Below, piece after piece: positions 22,871 to 37,460 of a stretch of 44,778 nt of DNA (position 1 is its first letter; every line of letters starts with the position of its first letter). The notes under the pieces were generated by a model. That model saw nothing but the letters and a program-made list of their open reading frames with translations. It was not told where the DNA came from and did not search any database. Source of the stretch: Catajapyx aquilonaris (Eukaryota). The position numbers were made by a program, and so were the translations under genes. Location: assembly GCA_000934665.2 (NCBI GenBank), contig KZ538184.1, positions 62,001 to 106,778 of the forward strand, read 5' to 3'.

Positions 22871-25800
22871 CATTTTGTCACATTGAATCTAAACAGATTT
22901 TTTTTTCGTCTTCAATTCCCAATAGATGCGCACACTGCATTCGATTTCCATGTTTATTTCCGTGGTGTCAAAAGAAAATTGATATTTTTTTTCCATAACA
23001 GAAAATAAAATTTTGCAGGTCTAGTAATTTCAACCTTGCAGTTTAAAATTTGATCAACTTTCAGATGTCTCCGGCAGACCTTTTGAAGCAATATCGCATG
23101 TCGGTTATTTTTCTACTGGGCGTTTCCCTGGCAAAAGTTTCTAGATGCGATAGATAGCGAAAGTTTTTGGGTAGAGTTATAAGTTTTCGATTAATTAAAA
23201 TTGAACAGAGCGGATAGTAGATCGATCTGGCTCAAATTTGATTATGATTTAAAAAAAAAGTGAAAGTGAGCATCGAATTGCAAACATCCTTAGCAATTTA
23301 CAAGTCGGGGCTATATAGCAGCGTTCATCACGTTAGCACAGCTTACTCCCCTATAATTACCACCGTACATTAATTACCACTTTCAAGATTGAGAAACCTA
23401 CTTAGGAAGATTGCATTTTTCAGCATTAATACTCACCTAAGGATGTTAACAAACTTTAGCAAGTATAATGCACTTTTCTGCACGTCTTTTCCATTGAATG
23501 CAACCGATCCCAATCGATCTGTAAGCTGACGTTAGGTGCACCAAAATTGCACTGAATGAAAGGACATCAAGAAACTTTGTAGTGGACCACGACGCTCATA
23601 AATCATGGGGGCGTAGGCGGAAATCCTGCACACACTCGACTATGCCACCTAAAAAAAAACCATTTTCTCGGTGAATAATGAAAGAGAGAATCGATGGCAA
23701 CAAGTGACAAAAAGGTCCGTTTGTTCGAAGCCTACGCCTCTGATCCCCTTTCATGTGTTAAAATCGCTATCAACGAACCGATATTCCATTGTATAGAATT
23801 TCAATTAGGCAAGTTTTTTTGGAGCTAAAAGCGCACGCCATCTATATACAGTACAAAAGGGCTATGAGAAAGATAGATCAGTTTTAACACTACGACAGGA
23901 ATTAACACTAGATCAGTAACTGGTATAAAAATATAAGAAAATCTGGCTAAAAATTTGTTAATTAATTGAAAGCCAGTTAGATTCAATTAGATTTTGGTGC
24001 TGATCGTTCTGCACTTAATGTCTTCATATCCGTATAGTGTAGCCAAAATGGCTACACTTTTCAAACTGTTCCACTACCTACCACTAAAATGTAGTGTACG
24101 CGTATGCTCAGCCTCGCATTACGAGTGATTCAGACCCTGCAATATCCCCATGTTAATGGATCCTTCCCAGCACAAACTGTTGTTAATCTAAACAGCAGTA
24201 AACTAGAATGCGAGTCGCAAAATCAGCTCTAATCCGTTCATACAATGCAGCTTTAAACGCAGATCTCTTTAAAAAATAAAATACTGGAGAAAATGGAATT
24301 GTACCCCGCAGAATATCGATTCCTTTCCAGGGAAATGGAAATATTATTCCTTTTGAGCATCCCTTCACGCCCACAACTCCCTTCAAGAAAAACGCAATAT
24401 TTGAAGCATAGAAACCGCACGTCTCTTGCAGGAATGTGTGCATAAGAAAACTGCTCAATGGACACCAGCTGACAGCTTCAAGAACAGATAAAGAGTGTAG
24501 TTTGTCGCAGACTTGTCAAAACCTGATATTTTTTTTTCGAAGACTGTTTACAGTCGATGAAAAATAAATATGAAAAAAAGGTCAAACCCGTTTGATCATT
24601 TTGGTGGACCACGATCCATTTCCGAGTCAAATGGTTTCGATAAATTCGTCAGATTTTGGTATCGACAAGTTTCCAAAAGGACAGAGAAATTCTTTTGATC
24701 CTGGTATTTTTTCATACAAATGACATTTTCTGACTGTAATACCGCCGTGTTATTTGGTGGGTTTCGGTTGGGTGAGGTAACCGGATTTTCCTTCTTCAGT
24801 TGACATTCATTGGAATTTGGGGATGGGAAATCTGGAAATGTACGTAGCCTACATACGATTGCATACTGAAAAGGGCAAAATATCAGTTGTTTTTGTCGCA
24901 AAAATATGTCAGCTGATATTTACAGAAATTGCGAATATATACTTCAGATATTATGCTGTATACTGCATGGGAAATTGGCTAATAATTTTTTGCCGGTACG
25001 TGAAATATAAAATTATACGACTGCAGATCCGTGAAGTTTATTGATTCGTGTGTAACGCACATGGCGTCTCCAATATTCAGATTCATACACCTGTATTACT
25101 CCTGAATATTTAATAAATGCATTCGGCCCAGCGTGGCATTCGGTGTTAGCTTTATGAGAGAGCAGTGCGGGTTGGAATTTTTATTCCAGCAATTCACAAG
25201 ACCTTTGATATATTATGCAGCCAGCATTAATTGCATTCGAGCAAATAATGATTGGACAGTGTACGCAGTTCGTGAGAGATGGGAATGAAATTTATATATG
25301 CAGGTTTTTTTTTAAATGTCTGCATAACAGTATAGTACAGATCCTTTTTATTTGATTTTTTTTCAAGCCTTGAGCCGCAGTGAAAGAGATTCCACCCACA
25401 CACACACAAAAAAAAATTCGGCTGAATCAACAAAGTTGACGTTATTGGCACACAAAGGAAAAGGACTCGGTCTATTTTGGCTCACTTGACGCGTCGTTGA
25501 CTTCATTTTCAACCCTCTTTACTTTTCCATGTCGTCAAGTCCACAGATCCTCGAGGGTGTTTGATGATGATTCAAGCAAACTTCTAAAGTGAACTTCCTG
25601 GCCACGAAAATGTCACGGTTTCCTTTGTTACATTACTTTAGTAAAAAAAAAAGGTGGATACATCCTGTGACACTTCCATCGCAAAATTAGCTCTGATTGT
25701 ACTAAAAGTAAAATAAAAATTTAATGCACACTAGTAAGGATATGTCATGCAGTTTGAAGCTCATTATCAACGTAACGAGGCTTCAGAGACCTAATGACAC

Positions 25801-28800
25801 CTCTAATTATATTGATTCCCTGCTGCCCTATAGAGGTGACCTTAGAAGTTTGTGCAAATGAAACAATTAACTATTTTTGATGCCTCTACTTGGGGAGGAA
25901 AAAATGCCTTTTTATCATTCGCTTCTTGGACTGAAATCCGGGCTAATTATTCGTGAAACTAGTCCCTTTAGTCGATCCATAACTCGGCACCTAAAGCTGT
26001 TTTATCGCACCCTAGAGTGTCATCAATCTAGAAACAATTTTCCAAACCGTCCCCATCTGAATCATGCGTCAGATTATTCTTTTAACCGAAAGAAACACTG
26101 CGCAATTTTCACTTCAAGCTGAGGAATACACTATGAAAATTACATTCGTCGCAATAATGAGGATTAGGAGGAATAAACAATTTAAGCTGCTTATACTCGC
26201 AAACACGCAATGTCATCAAAGGTCTTGGATTATTATCCGCTGGCACATTTTTAATCCGCATCCGACAGTTTTCATTTGTTGCTTGATTTTTTAATGCACC
26301 CAAGCTAATGAGCGAGGAACTCGATAATGACAAGGAAACAAATGGACTATTGTTATCTGCGGAGAAGCGTGGGGTCTGATGAATTAATCCCTCGAACTGC
26401 TGGCACTTTTTTTTAAGCAAAGTGCTTTGGGGGGTATATAAGGAAATAGGATTTAAGTTTAGTCAGCAACTTGAGGCTTGATCTCAGTTAACGGGGATCT
26501 CCAACTTTTCACAACGTTGGATGAGAATAAAATAAGGAAAATCGTGGAAAGGAAATTAGAATGAGCTTGAAAGATCTCAGCTAAACTTTCAACTATTTTT
26601 GGAGCTGATAGGATCTTCGTATGATCTGCAAAGTGCGTTATTAAATTTCATTGAAGCCCAAGTGAATTATCATATATGAATGATAATTATAATATGTTAT
26701 GGCAGTCATACCTTGCACTTTCATTTTTTTGTGCCACGGTTTTATAATGATAATCAGTATGAATTAACATTTAAATTAGCGGGGATATATGCTAGGTGTA
26801 ATTAACATCACATGATTATACTGTATTAGACTGGAAATATGACGTTCAAGTTCATACAAGCATTTTCACTAAAAGATAATAATTCACACCACCATTTTAA
26901 GGCCTAAATATTGTATTTTTCCTTATGGAATCATCTTTTCTAGCAGAAAACTTTGTCTACCATTACATGAGTCAATTTCGACAAAAAAAATGCGGCTCTC
27001 TTCTTTATGGAAATTGGACTTTTCACTTTTAAAAGGCAGTTAAAAAGAAGCCTGCCCTTGAATTGCGACATGGTGACATCCTGAACCATTCTCTCTCCTT
27101 TTTTTGCTCGAAACCTTGCACCTGTCGTCAGCATGTCATACTCAAGTTGGAAACATCTTGAAGCTTTGAGTCGATTATGCAAATAGTTTCCTTGGCATTA
27201 GCAACAAAAAAAAGCTTCGGAAGGTTAAACTCTCTCCATTTCTGATTTACAACAGTGTGTGAAAAAAAAATCGCCAAATTCATTGCACTTCAACACGACA
27301 TTGCGGTTCATTGTTCGGGTGTTGATAAAAATGTAACATGGACACGCACGCTATTTCGCATCGGAATAATGGCATGTGCACTCTCGCTCTGTTGGTCAAA
27401 CATTTAACTGTCCGCCACACTAAACTGACAACAATATTTGGACCCATATTTGCTGTACAATACAACATATATTAAAAAATGGGGGCATGAAAAAGAGATT
27501 ATACTTGACCAAAATTTTGATCATTATTCGCATTGTGTGAAGGCAAACACTATTTATTTTTATCATATCATCATACAAGACTAAACTACAGAACTAAAAA
27601 AAAACATCAACTAAAGATCGCATAATCACGAAAAGTTATAATTAATATGTGAGTTTAAACTTTGAACGAGTTCTGTTTGCTTAAATTGTTATTTATCGCA
27701 TTATAAGCAACTCTCTTTAAACCAACTCGCTGTAAGACCGTTCATTACGTTTAAAGCAGCACACGTGTTGTCAACAAATCTATTCACGTTATTTGCATAA
27801 TAAGCAAATTCTCCTCCATAAGAGATCTGGGCAATTACAGCCATGTTTTTCACCCTACTATTTTTTTTCTCCGGCCGTAAATATAATTTGCCAGTGGTGA
27901 ACGTTCTTGCTTACATTCCTTTCTAAAATGACGTCTGAAGGAAAAGGAATATCTCTCTCTGGCTCTCTCATGGCCGGTATTAATTTTGAACGAGAGAGAC
28001 TGCAAAAGCTGAGCAAACAAGACAAAAGGGAGGAACAAATTTGCATCTAATGCCACTCGGTTGCCTTGCCTGGAATTAATTACATGGGACCTATCGAGTG
28101 AAGAGATGAGCTCCCTTAAGTGGTATGTGTGCGGCCTACTATTATGTACTATATACATATGACCCTAGCTGAGCGATTATCCTGTAATCTGGCAGGAAAA
28201 TCGTAAATGGTTTTAGGACCATCCGGTTAGAGTATAAATTCATTGGCTGCTGGAGTGTAAGGCTATATAAAATGTCTCAACAGCTTGTATTTCATTGTTT
28301 GCTGCCCACCAGGTAATTAACGAGGCTGTTACATCTTCGCAATGGGGTTTTTGTTGCGATGTGAGCGACAAGGCTTTAAATTACAGCTGTTACGTCAAGT
28401 TAGTGTCCCGTTACGTAACCTTCCGTGGGATGCCTTTTGAAAGTGTCAACAATGAGAAGCATCCCATACAGTTGATACATTTCTTGAAGCTCTCTATACG
28501 TCTCAAATATTACGTATAACGTCTTATCTACCTAATATTAGGCTATCCAAAAATAGTTGCTGACAGACATGCCCTTTGCGTGGTATTGTCATAACAACCT
28601 GCATCAGTGTGCATAAAAAGATAATAAAATGAAATGCAATACCCATCTCTTATAAGACGTCGTGTTCCTGAAGCAAAATATGTAAAGAAGTTAGCTACAG
28701 TTCCAGTGGAGTTGACATGCTCTGAAAATAATCCGTTGCAAAAAAAATGTTAAAAAATGGCAACTCTGCCCGGCTCGAACGTGAAATACTGAACGCTACT

Positions 28801-31800
28801 GCCACTTGCGGTAACTATCGTAACTACATACACCTAAGTGATGAGTCAACGCGTGGACATAGTCACGCCCAGCCTATTATATAATTTGATCAGTCATGTT
28901 GTTTTTTTTGCAAATTTATCCCGTTGCTGTATTCCAATTTTAAGTAACTAACTGCAATTATCTCAACCATTTCACATCGTTTGTTCTATGCATGAAGTAA
29001 ATTCCTTCTGATGACAAAAGGACTGTAGAATGACAACTCCGTTTTCCAGAGGAGACACATCGGCTTACGCGACAACACCTGCGGAATTATTGATCCCCCC
29101 CCCCCCCCCCCCCCCTCCCCCACCNTTCCCCAAAATATGACACGGATGATCATCACCGCCGCCGGGTAATGAGATTATAGGAAAGCCTCTCGGGCTTCGA
29201 ATTGGGCTCAGCTCTTTCCCTAGTCTCAATGGGAAGTGCTTAAAGGGACACTGGTATACTGCAGAACCCTGCATGAAACATTAATCCGACAAAAATCCGA
29301 TTTTTTAAAATAAAAATTCCATTGAACTCCTAGAAATCAACGACCCTAGCAAGCTTAGGGTGTTACCATCACTTATTCATTTTTTTGCTATAAATGTGTT
29401 CAATGTGCGTTATAATATAATGCTGATGTCACAATAGAAAAAACCCAGCTTTTTAAAGGTCAAAGGTCATCCGGAAACCCATATCAAGAAAATGTCAAGA
29501 TGGCTTCATTTTTCCTTCCTCTCTGTTCGTTTCTATATACCGACTGTACTACCCACACATTTTGGCAAGAATTTTTTGGCAAGAATATTGGTGAAATTGG
29601 CCTACTTTTCTGGAGAATAATCTTTCCAAATAGGATGTCGACCTGGTTCGAAAATACTTGACGTGCCTTAAAGCTCTTGAGGGACCTTCAAAAAAAAAAA
29701 GAAGCCCTGGTCGACAGCTCCTCTCCAGTTTGGTAATGAGTTTTAATCCGGGTATCGACGTGCTGAATTAATGACTCCGGACAACATTCACGCCCGAGTG
29801 AGACCTACAGGGTGCTACGGCAAGAAAATGAACGCTTTTCAAAAACATATTACTCACATAGATGGCTTGAAGGCAAGATTATTCGAAGGTACCTGGAAGG
29901 TTGTTTCGCAAACACGTAACTGTTGCACGAAGTTTATGTGATGGTGATGAGTTTAATTAGGCTCCACGAGCGAAGGTTAATATCAAAATTGTTTGGGGGG
30001 GGGGGCCAAGTCATTACACGAACGGAATGAAAATTCAATGCTGGGATAATTATGCGTTGATTTGCATGTGTATATTACATTGCAAAATCTGATCTCGCCA
30101 AATCCTTTTATGAAGCTCACTAAATATTCCCAACGGAAAATACATTTTTTTTAAAAAAATGTGCTTTGGAAATGTTCCAAGTTGCGTAACTTTGTCCCGA
30201 ATTTTTGACACATCGGGTAATTACTCAACATTTTTCTCTGTGCGCCTGCAGATTATACTCTCTGTGTTACAAGGGTGCTGTTGCATACCAGTCAGGATGA
30301 AACTTCTTGTAGGTTACTGTACATTTTTTTGTTAAATTTTTATTAAACCTTACAGCTTTACAACTGTGTCCAGACAGGAGGTTTCACAAAAAGAGCATGT
30401 CGAGCAGCCCTTTAAAAAAAAATTAGTCAAGAGACGTCAAGACTTGAGGACAGGTTGTCAGCCACAGGCAACAAGAGGCGTGAAAAAGTGTCCGGAGGGA
30501 CCCGTTTTTTGTAAGGTGAATAATGTTGAAGCCCACACGTCCAATTACGACCTAGTAAAGCTGAACGTGATGGCATATACCCGGGTTTTAACAGTCTTCT
30601 CTAACATGGAAACACAAAAAAAGGAGAAGAAAAAAGTGGGTAACGTTCTTTGCATTATTCATCAAAGATGTTGGTTTATGCTGGTGGAGTTTATTTGGCC
30701 CTGGGCTATTTTTAGAGAGTATAACAACATGTGTACTATAGCGTGATCGACGTAACGTACAGGGCGGCACATTCCAAGTCACAATATCATTTGAAATAAC
30801 GGGATTTTAAAAAATTGACTCCAATGATATGTTATAGCGTACTGCGCATTAAGAAGATGAGAATTCTCCAAAGAGAAATGGTGTCACTAATGAAGAACGG
30901 CGGATACAAGGCTTGGAAGTATTTCTAAGTAGAAAGACGGGAAAGGCCTTTTTCTGCATTCAGAAGCTTAGCTCCTAGATTCATTTCAGGAGTGGGGATT
31001 CAATCTTTTATTCTGCTCCACGTAGGAAACAGAAGGGGGGAAAAAAAAGAAATACTAGCAGCAGAGTTAGATGCTCTCAGAGATATCCGTTTTCTTCATG
31101 TCGGAGAATTATAACGCTCTGAGAGCACAGTTTTCAGGATGCAGGAAACGTACGTAATACATGAGCTAACATGAACAAAAAACAGTTTGTATACCGTTTG
31201 GAAAATAAATTCAACAAACATGTGCAGTAATAATAGACAAGTTGAGTATATAATATGAACTATATATCTAGTGTGGTGCACTTTACAAGGTCATGTTCCA
31301 AGATGAGTCAATATGAGAAGCCACAGAGAGTGCGTCTCACTAATTTTATTATGTACAGTGCTTGTGGAATACAACTGTGCGTCATCTCGTTAGACAGGAT
31401 TGAAAACAAAAACCTCAGGCCAAGGCCATTAAATAAGTTTCAAAAAAAAATAGGAAAATGGTGTGACGCACTTGGATTTGCAATAATGCTTGTAGATTCC
31501 GACAGTCTATGCATGTAAATTGCAAGCATCAGAATATTTTATATTCATTTTTTTGAAATCCGCTTATGATTGATTTTACACTTCAGGTGAAATCTTGAGA
31601 ATATTTTCATATAAAGCCAATAATTTTTTGGAAGTAATAGATAGGTAGGCTGCTTTCTCCTAGAGATTAAGATATAGCTCACGATTTTCACACTATTTAC
31701 CGTACTCCTGGAGTAACTCCTGTGAATGGGCTTCGTGTGCAGACTATTTACCAAGCAATATCTCACTTTGGCCACTCGAGATGTTTTCATTCTGACCAAC

Positions 31801-32400
31801 TCAATTATTTTTTTCTCAAAGAATAAGCCCAGTTCGTAAAAAGACACCCGTCCAAAAAAAATATATATCCTTTCCCCCAAAAACTTGTGGGAGGAAAAGC
31901 AGCATATAGTCTCTAGCTAGACCTCCCCCGATCGTGTAATCCCTTGCCAAAAGACGAAAGCAATCTGGCCCAGCTTTCCTCTTCAGGGAATCGAAACTTC
32001 TTTCTCTTGTTGAAGAAGTGTAAGTTAAATCTTGAGATTGGGTGCCGGAAAAAGAGCAATCTTATCCTCAAGCGGAGGTGCTGCTCAGAGAAGATCCCCC
32101 CAACCTAGATGTGACATAAATCCGAATAGATCCAATTTACATGATGTTATTGGTAGTGAAGGTACCTGATACGAATCGGCTCAATTTGGTGGGAAAATTA
32201 GAGGATTATTTTTTTCGCAAGTGCATGTCTTAAGTATAGTCGTTTTGGTCGTTGTGATCAGGGACCTATTAGTGCGACGAGATCTTGACGACACTTTAGA
32301 TCAGAGGTTCCCAAAACTTTTCAGTCACTTTTTAGGTGAGAAATTTGTAACCCAGCACATAGTTACAAAACTCCACTGTTAAATTTTTTTCGGTGTCATT

Positions 32401-32460
32401 ACTTACCTATGCACTTACCTATGCTTACCTCTACTTACCTATACTTACCTCTACTTACCT
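32401..32460. repeat. Minisatellite of 6 x (A)CTTACCT, 10-12-bp period
   Basis: acttacct-atgc-acttacct-atg-cttacct-ct-acttacct-at-acttacct-ct-acttacct. Confidence 0.9.
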
Positions 32461-35400
32461 GTGCATAAGCGTAAAACGGGTCTGGTAGACTAACGCAATT
32501 CCTTCCCACAAATTCGGGTAATCTCTCTTCAGCCAGAGTTGTCTTACAGTTTGTTTCACTGTGGAAAAGCAGAAGGTCGTACTTTTCAACCCAACTTGCG
32601 GATACAGCAGCTGGGCAGTAATTTGAGGAAAGGGCTCATGCAGAAGGATTTGCTTCGTCAGCCAAGAGGTTGAAAATTTGAAGCCGCCACCTGGAAAACA
32701 TGGCCCATCCCAAGTGCATGAGGATAACCAATATGGTCATAAGATGTGGACTGTAAAAAAATAATTTAACAGCCATTGTGTAGAGTAGGATCTGGGTCAG
32801 GTCTAAAAATGTGTTGTTCAAATTCAAATTCTCTCATTCTGAGTTTTACATACACACGAACATGCAGCCAATTTTTTTAAAAGAAATATTACATCCCTTT
32901 CAAAGTCTGCACGTATTATTTCTAAGCATGGTTCCAAAGTGATCACAAGTTGCGACGAATACAATAATAAAACTCCACTTTTCCAGAGTGTATAGTGCAG
33001 TGTGCCAACTCAGTCTCTCGAATTTGTCACGCTTTTTATGTGAAGGGCGGCCTTCAAGCCAACTGAAACAACTCTCATTCCGCCAGAATACAGCCAGATT
33101 CATACACCCGAGTGAAACCATATCTTTTCTCCGCGAAACGGATCCCAAGATCGTCCTGAAGAAACCCTAAGCCAAACGGAGTGGGAAAATGGACAATAAT
33201 TTCACTTCGGTGGTCTGCGGCCAAATCCTTCCTTCCTTCTCATGTGCCAAAGGTCACTATACCACTTTTACCAAATCATAAAAACCGGGGCCAGGCCAGT
33301 ATTTTACGAGTGTCGTAAAACGGCCGCGAAAGTGTGAGGTACTTTCGGTAATTGGCCCCGATTTTGAGCAATTGCTTTGAGGAAACAGGAACTATAAATT
33401 CACGTTGAAACATTGATCATAACTTGTGTGCTACACAGACGGGCTTGAGTACGAAAAATTTGTTGCATAAGATGAAATATTTTCGCTGTTTCCTAAACCG
33501 AAGCCAATAATAATGAGCCGTCATAAATACTGCCCATATATTATTAAAAGTTTTAAGTGCTGCGATCCTATATATCTTTTTTAAAGAGAAAACTATATAC
33601 GTATATTTGGTTCATGCATTCTTACGTATTAGAACCGTAGATATTAAAGGCTGCCTTTAATATCTGTAAAATTAATAAAGGGAAATATTATTCACCTGTC
33701 TCAGTTATTAGTTGGAAAGTGAATAAAATAATGCACTCAAATTATTTTCAGTGTATGAATGATGAGAAATATGTACCTTGTACACGACTACCAGCCTGCA
33801 ATAATAATTTGCTCGCATAAATACGGGGCATATAAATTAATAAGCAGCATTGCGCAGTTTGCCAACTACTAGACAGGTCATTAACAGCTCTAGCTGTACA
33901 AATCTAATAAATCTTCACTGTTGAATTACCTCAATAAATCATTCCTTTCATGTAACCACTCTCTCTAGCTCTTTCTGTTGTTGAAGTACAGCGAGGAGTG
34001 TAATATTTACGCCATAAAAAAAATTTGGGAGTTTCTGTCAGACACAGAGGAACAAGCGTCGTGTTCGTGCTGCGAAATCTGATTACGCAACAACAAAAGG
34101 GAATTAAGGGTGCGTCATTGTAACCCCTTCACACCTTCCAACCCTGGCAACAATAGCAAATTGCAGGACATTGCGCTGGAATTAGTCTTTTCTTTTGTAT
34201 TCAACCTCCTTGTTTTCTCCAAAAACCCGGAAAATTGCGCTTAATTTCTCTTTACTAATGAACCAGCCTTGCTGCCGGTGTACGACGGATGATTAAATAT
34301 CAAGGCGTTAATTCGCATGTCAGACTCAGCACTTGCTTCTAGTTGCTGGCAGCTATAGAGAAAGATAGATCAATATTCTAAGCAGACATTTGCACTTTCT
34401 CTGGTCGTAATAAATTACGTCATAATTATTTTAATACGTCAGAGTATATGCTGATTGTTACAAGATAAATTCGGTTTGTTATGAAACTTAACACAATAAT
34501 TATCTGGGCGCGACTTGTTCCTGTCAGTTATAAACTTCTGAAAATAATTAACTAGGTTTTATGACGCAGTAGTATATTGCGTGTTCGCCGCTAATCAAAA
34601 ATTCTGCGGAATTAGGCCAATACCAGGTAATGATAATCAATTTTAAATCACAAAATCTCGGGGATAAGCAACCCAATATTTAAAGAGTATGCAAACACCA
34701 CTGGGATGCGATTGAATTAGTAAACTGGACTGTAATTATAGCAGCTTGTGAAAGCGTGGGTTTTTCAATACATATTTAACTCGTCCTATACTCGTTACAC
34801 CAAAAGCAACCGGAAATTTTAATCCACATGCCCTGATTACGTCACGGTTGAAATATTATGCCAAATAATTATTATAAATTCAGCAGAACATGTAGAAAAA
34901 TGCATGTGACGTTATCAGATACGTAAATGCTGATTAAAACACATGTATATTTACGTCTACAAAAATGTAGAAAAAAATGCAAAATTTGATAACATGACCT
35001 GCATTTTTTAAATATGGGTTAACGCATTTATCAGCATTTAATGGCACTGTGAAATATATTTACGTCTCCCAACGATTAGGCTATAAACAGTATCGCACTT
35101 CTTTTCTTACACGTCCTTATTATGTCACTGAAGAGTACTCAAGTCCTATCATTAATACGTACACTTAGAATCCTCTGTAAGCTAACCGCAGCAGTACATA
35201 GCAATGAAAACCCATTCCCATTAGGGTCAAGGGTCGTTCAACGCTAACGAAGAGCAGATTAACGATCACATGGGAGAGACCCCCGAAAACTTTCTATAGC
35301 TCGGTATATCCCCCGAAGATTACGCCGAAAGTAATTTCAAGGAGAAGAGGCAAAATGAAATTCGAGCGACGATAACTTGGGACCACATCATTTTAATTGC

Positions 35401-37444
35401 CCCCAGTGTAAAGCAGTATCAAGTCAATCTGTAAGATATAAGCGTCGCATACCATAATATTATAGGCCCATAAAATTGTTTGTCCACGGAGTACCACAAC
35501 CCCTCACACGACCTGAGTGGCAGCACTGTGCAGAGAGGGACGCTGCGACATCTGTTGGAGAAATAGGGAACTATGGACAAACATCGGCCGTTTTGGGCCA
35601 ATTTTGGCTACCAGCTCACTGCTAAGTTAAATAGATTCAGAATTTCAGGATAAAATGAGACGGTGCGAGAGAATTGGATTGATTTCCTCCCAAGTTGCGC
35701 AGAATTTGTGTGACGTGATTATGCCAGTTGCGTAGTTACAATGTCGCAGCGGAAATATGCGTCATGAATAGTTTATCTCTAGTGGGATCGAGACTCCACT
35801 AGGGAGTTTTCATTTAAACGCTTCCAATAATCTACTTTACAGTGCTTCATTACTCATTACAGTATTGCATCACATCGGGTTATGCAGCTACAATAATGTT
35901 CAGTAAGTACTTTAAATATGGCAATTTATACACGATAATCTGCAATAAAAAGCAATTAAAATCAATATTGATAGCGCGAACTCATTACCAACCAGTTGCT
36001 AATAATTATCTTCATTAAAAGGACGATCATTGCATCTAATGTACGAAGTACATTCATTAATTTGGGACATTTTCCTATACATCTGGCAGAAATCTGATTG
36101 TAGTACAAACGAAACATTTCCGATTTAATCTTAAAAGTTGATAAACCGGTCACATAATTAAAGTCTACATTCAGACGTATCAAAGTTAATTTCAATCCAA
36201 TTTCGTCTCTGATGACATTGTCGAACACTATAATTATCCTCCTTTTCAGTCTGTCACAAAAGCAGTACAAGAAACTTTCAGATAAGCAATCGGCCAAACT
36301 TGATAGTGCAAAACTCTCGTTATAGGCGCACCTCGCAAAAAACATCTTGAACTGAATGATGGATAGACCGAATTTTGCAAAGCGGTGTCTGTTAATATTT
36401 AAAAATAGGTACCAAAAAAACATGCCATGAACGCACCAGCTAACCTGTCAAAACAGATCAAAACTACACTATACACCAGAATTTTTGATGAATAATAATT
36501 GCACGTAATTAATGGCCTTAATAATTTAGTGAGAAAATATCTGCAAAGTGCAAAATGCAACTATAGCTGACAAAAGAAGGGGGGGACGGCGCGGCGGGTC
36601 AAGCAGAGGTCACTTTCATCTGAACTTTTGTCCAGTTTAAAATGCCACAGCAGCGTAACCCAAACTACAGGCAGAAGTAAGGGAGTGAAGCGAGGATAAT
36701 TAGGGTCGGGAAAATGCGCGACAAATTATTATCATCCTCGTTTGGACCAGGAGGCTGAGTTTCACTGGCCGAACAAACCCTCCGCCCCTTCTGTATATAT
36801 TTGCACAATCCATGTGAGATAATTGCTTGAGAGAGACAGAAAGTTGGGGGGGACCAAAACCACATTTTTTTTGCGTTTCGCATGAAGTCAGTGGGGTTTT
36901 GAGGTAGATTATATGCCTGATACGAGAGAAGTAATCAAGTGGAGCTCAACTTCCATCATTATACTTTGAAGAGATAAAGGATGTTCCACCAATTGCACAA
37001 ATCGGATTATTTTTAAAAGAAAGGTCGTGATATTAAAATGCATATTTTTAATCAAAAAATTTCTTCCTTTTGTGACAGGAAGTTGCAAAGAGTCTCCTTG
37101 CTATAGTTTCCGTACTTGCAACAAAGGATCAACTTGGCTGAAATAACGAGCATTTTTGTGCGCTGAATGTAGGTCCTTCCGGCAACGATAAGCAGGATAA
37201 CAATCAACGTTGATTTAAGAATAATACCTAATTAATAATAGTCAGTCATAAATAAATCTGTTATTACATAGATGGCAAATGATTGTTCAGGTTTGGTTAG
37301 CCTGATGTGCGCAATTTTGGCAATGCGAAGAACGGGTTCTGCTGCTACTAAGTATTAATTAATTAAAATGTTACACCAATTAATTATAACATTTTTCGTA
37401 ATATCCCGCCTTTAATCAGTCCTTCACAAACAAGAGTGCACCTC

Positions 37445-37460
37445 AGCGCCATCTCTGGCC
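37445..37460. promoter_or_regulatory. CTCF-like GCGCCATCT motif about 170 bp upstream of the GPKOW ATG
   Basis: agcgccatctctggcc, reverse complement GGCCAGAGATGGCGCT, resembles the arthropod CTCF core AGRTGGCGC; motif match only. Confidence 0.3.

Noticed and set aside
29240..29260. TTAAAGGGACACT as a Kolobok-like left end
   Set aside because: No matching right end was found.
35962..36423. 153-aa minus-strand ORF / possible decayed integrase on the plus strand
   Set aside because: Composition is typical of AT-rich non-coding DNA, there is no domain motif, and the plus-strand resemblance (DDIVEHYN) is too short to support.
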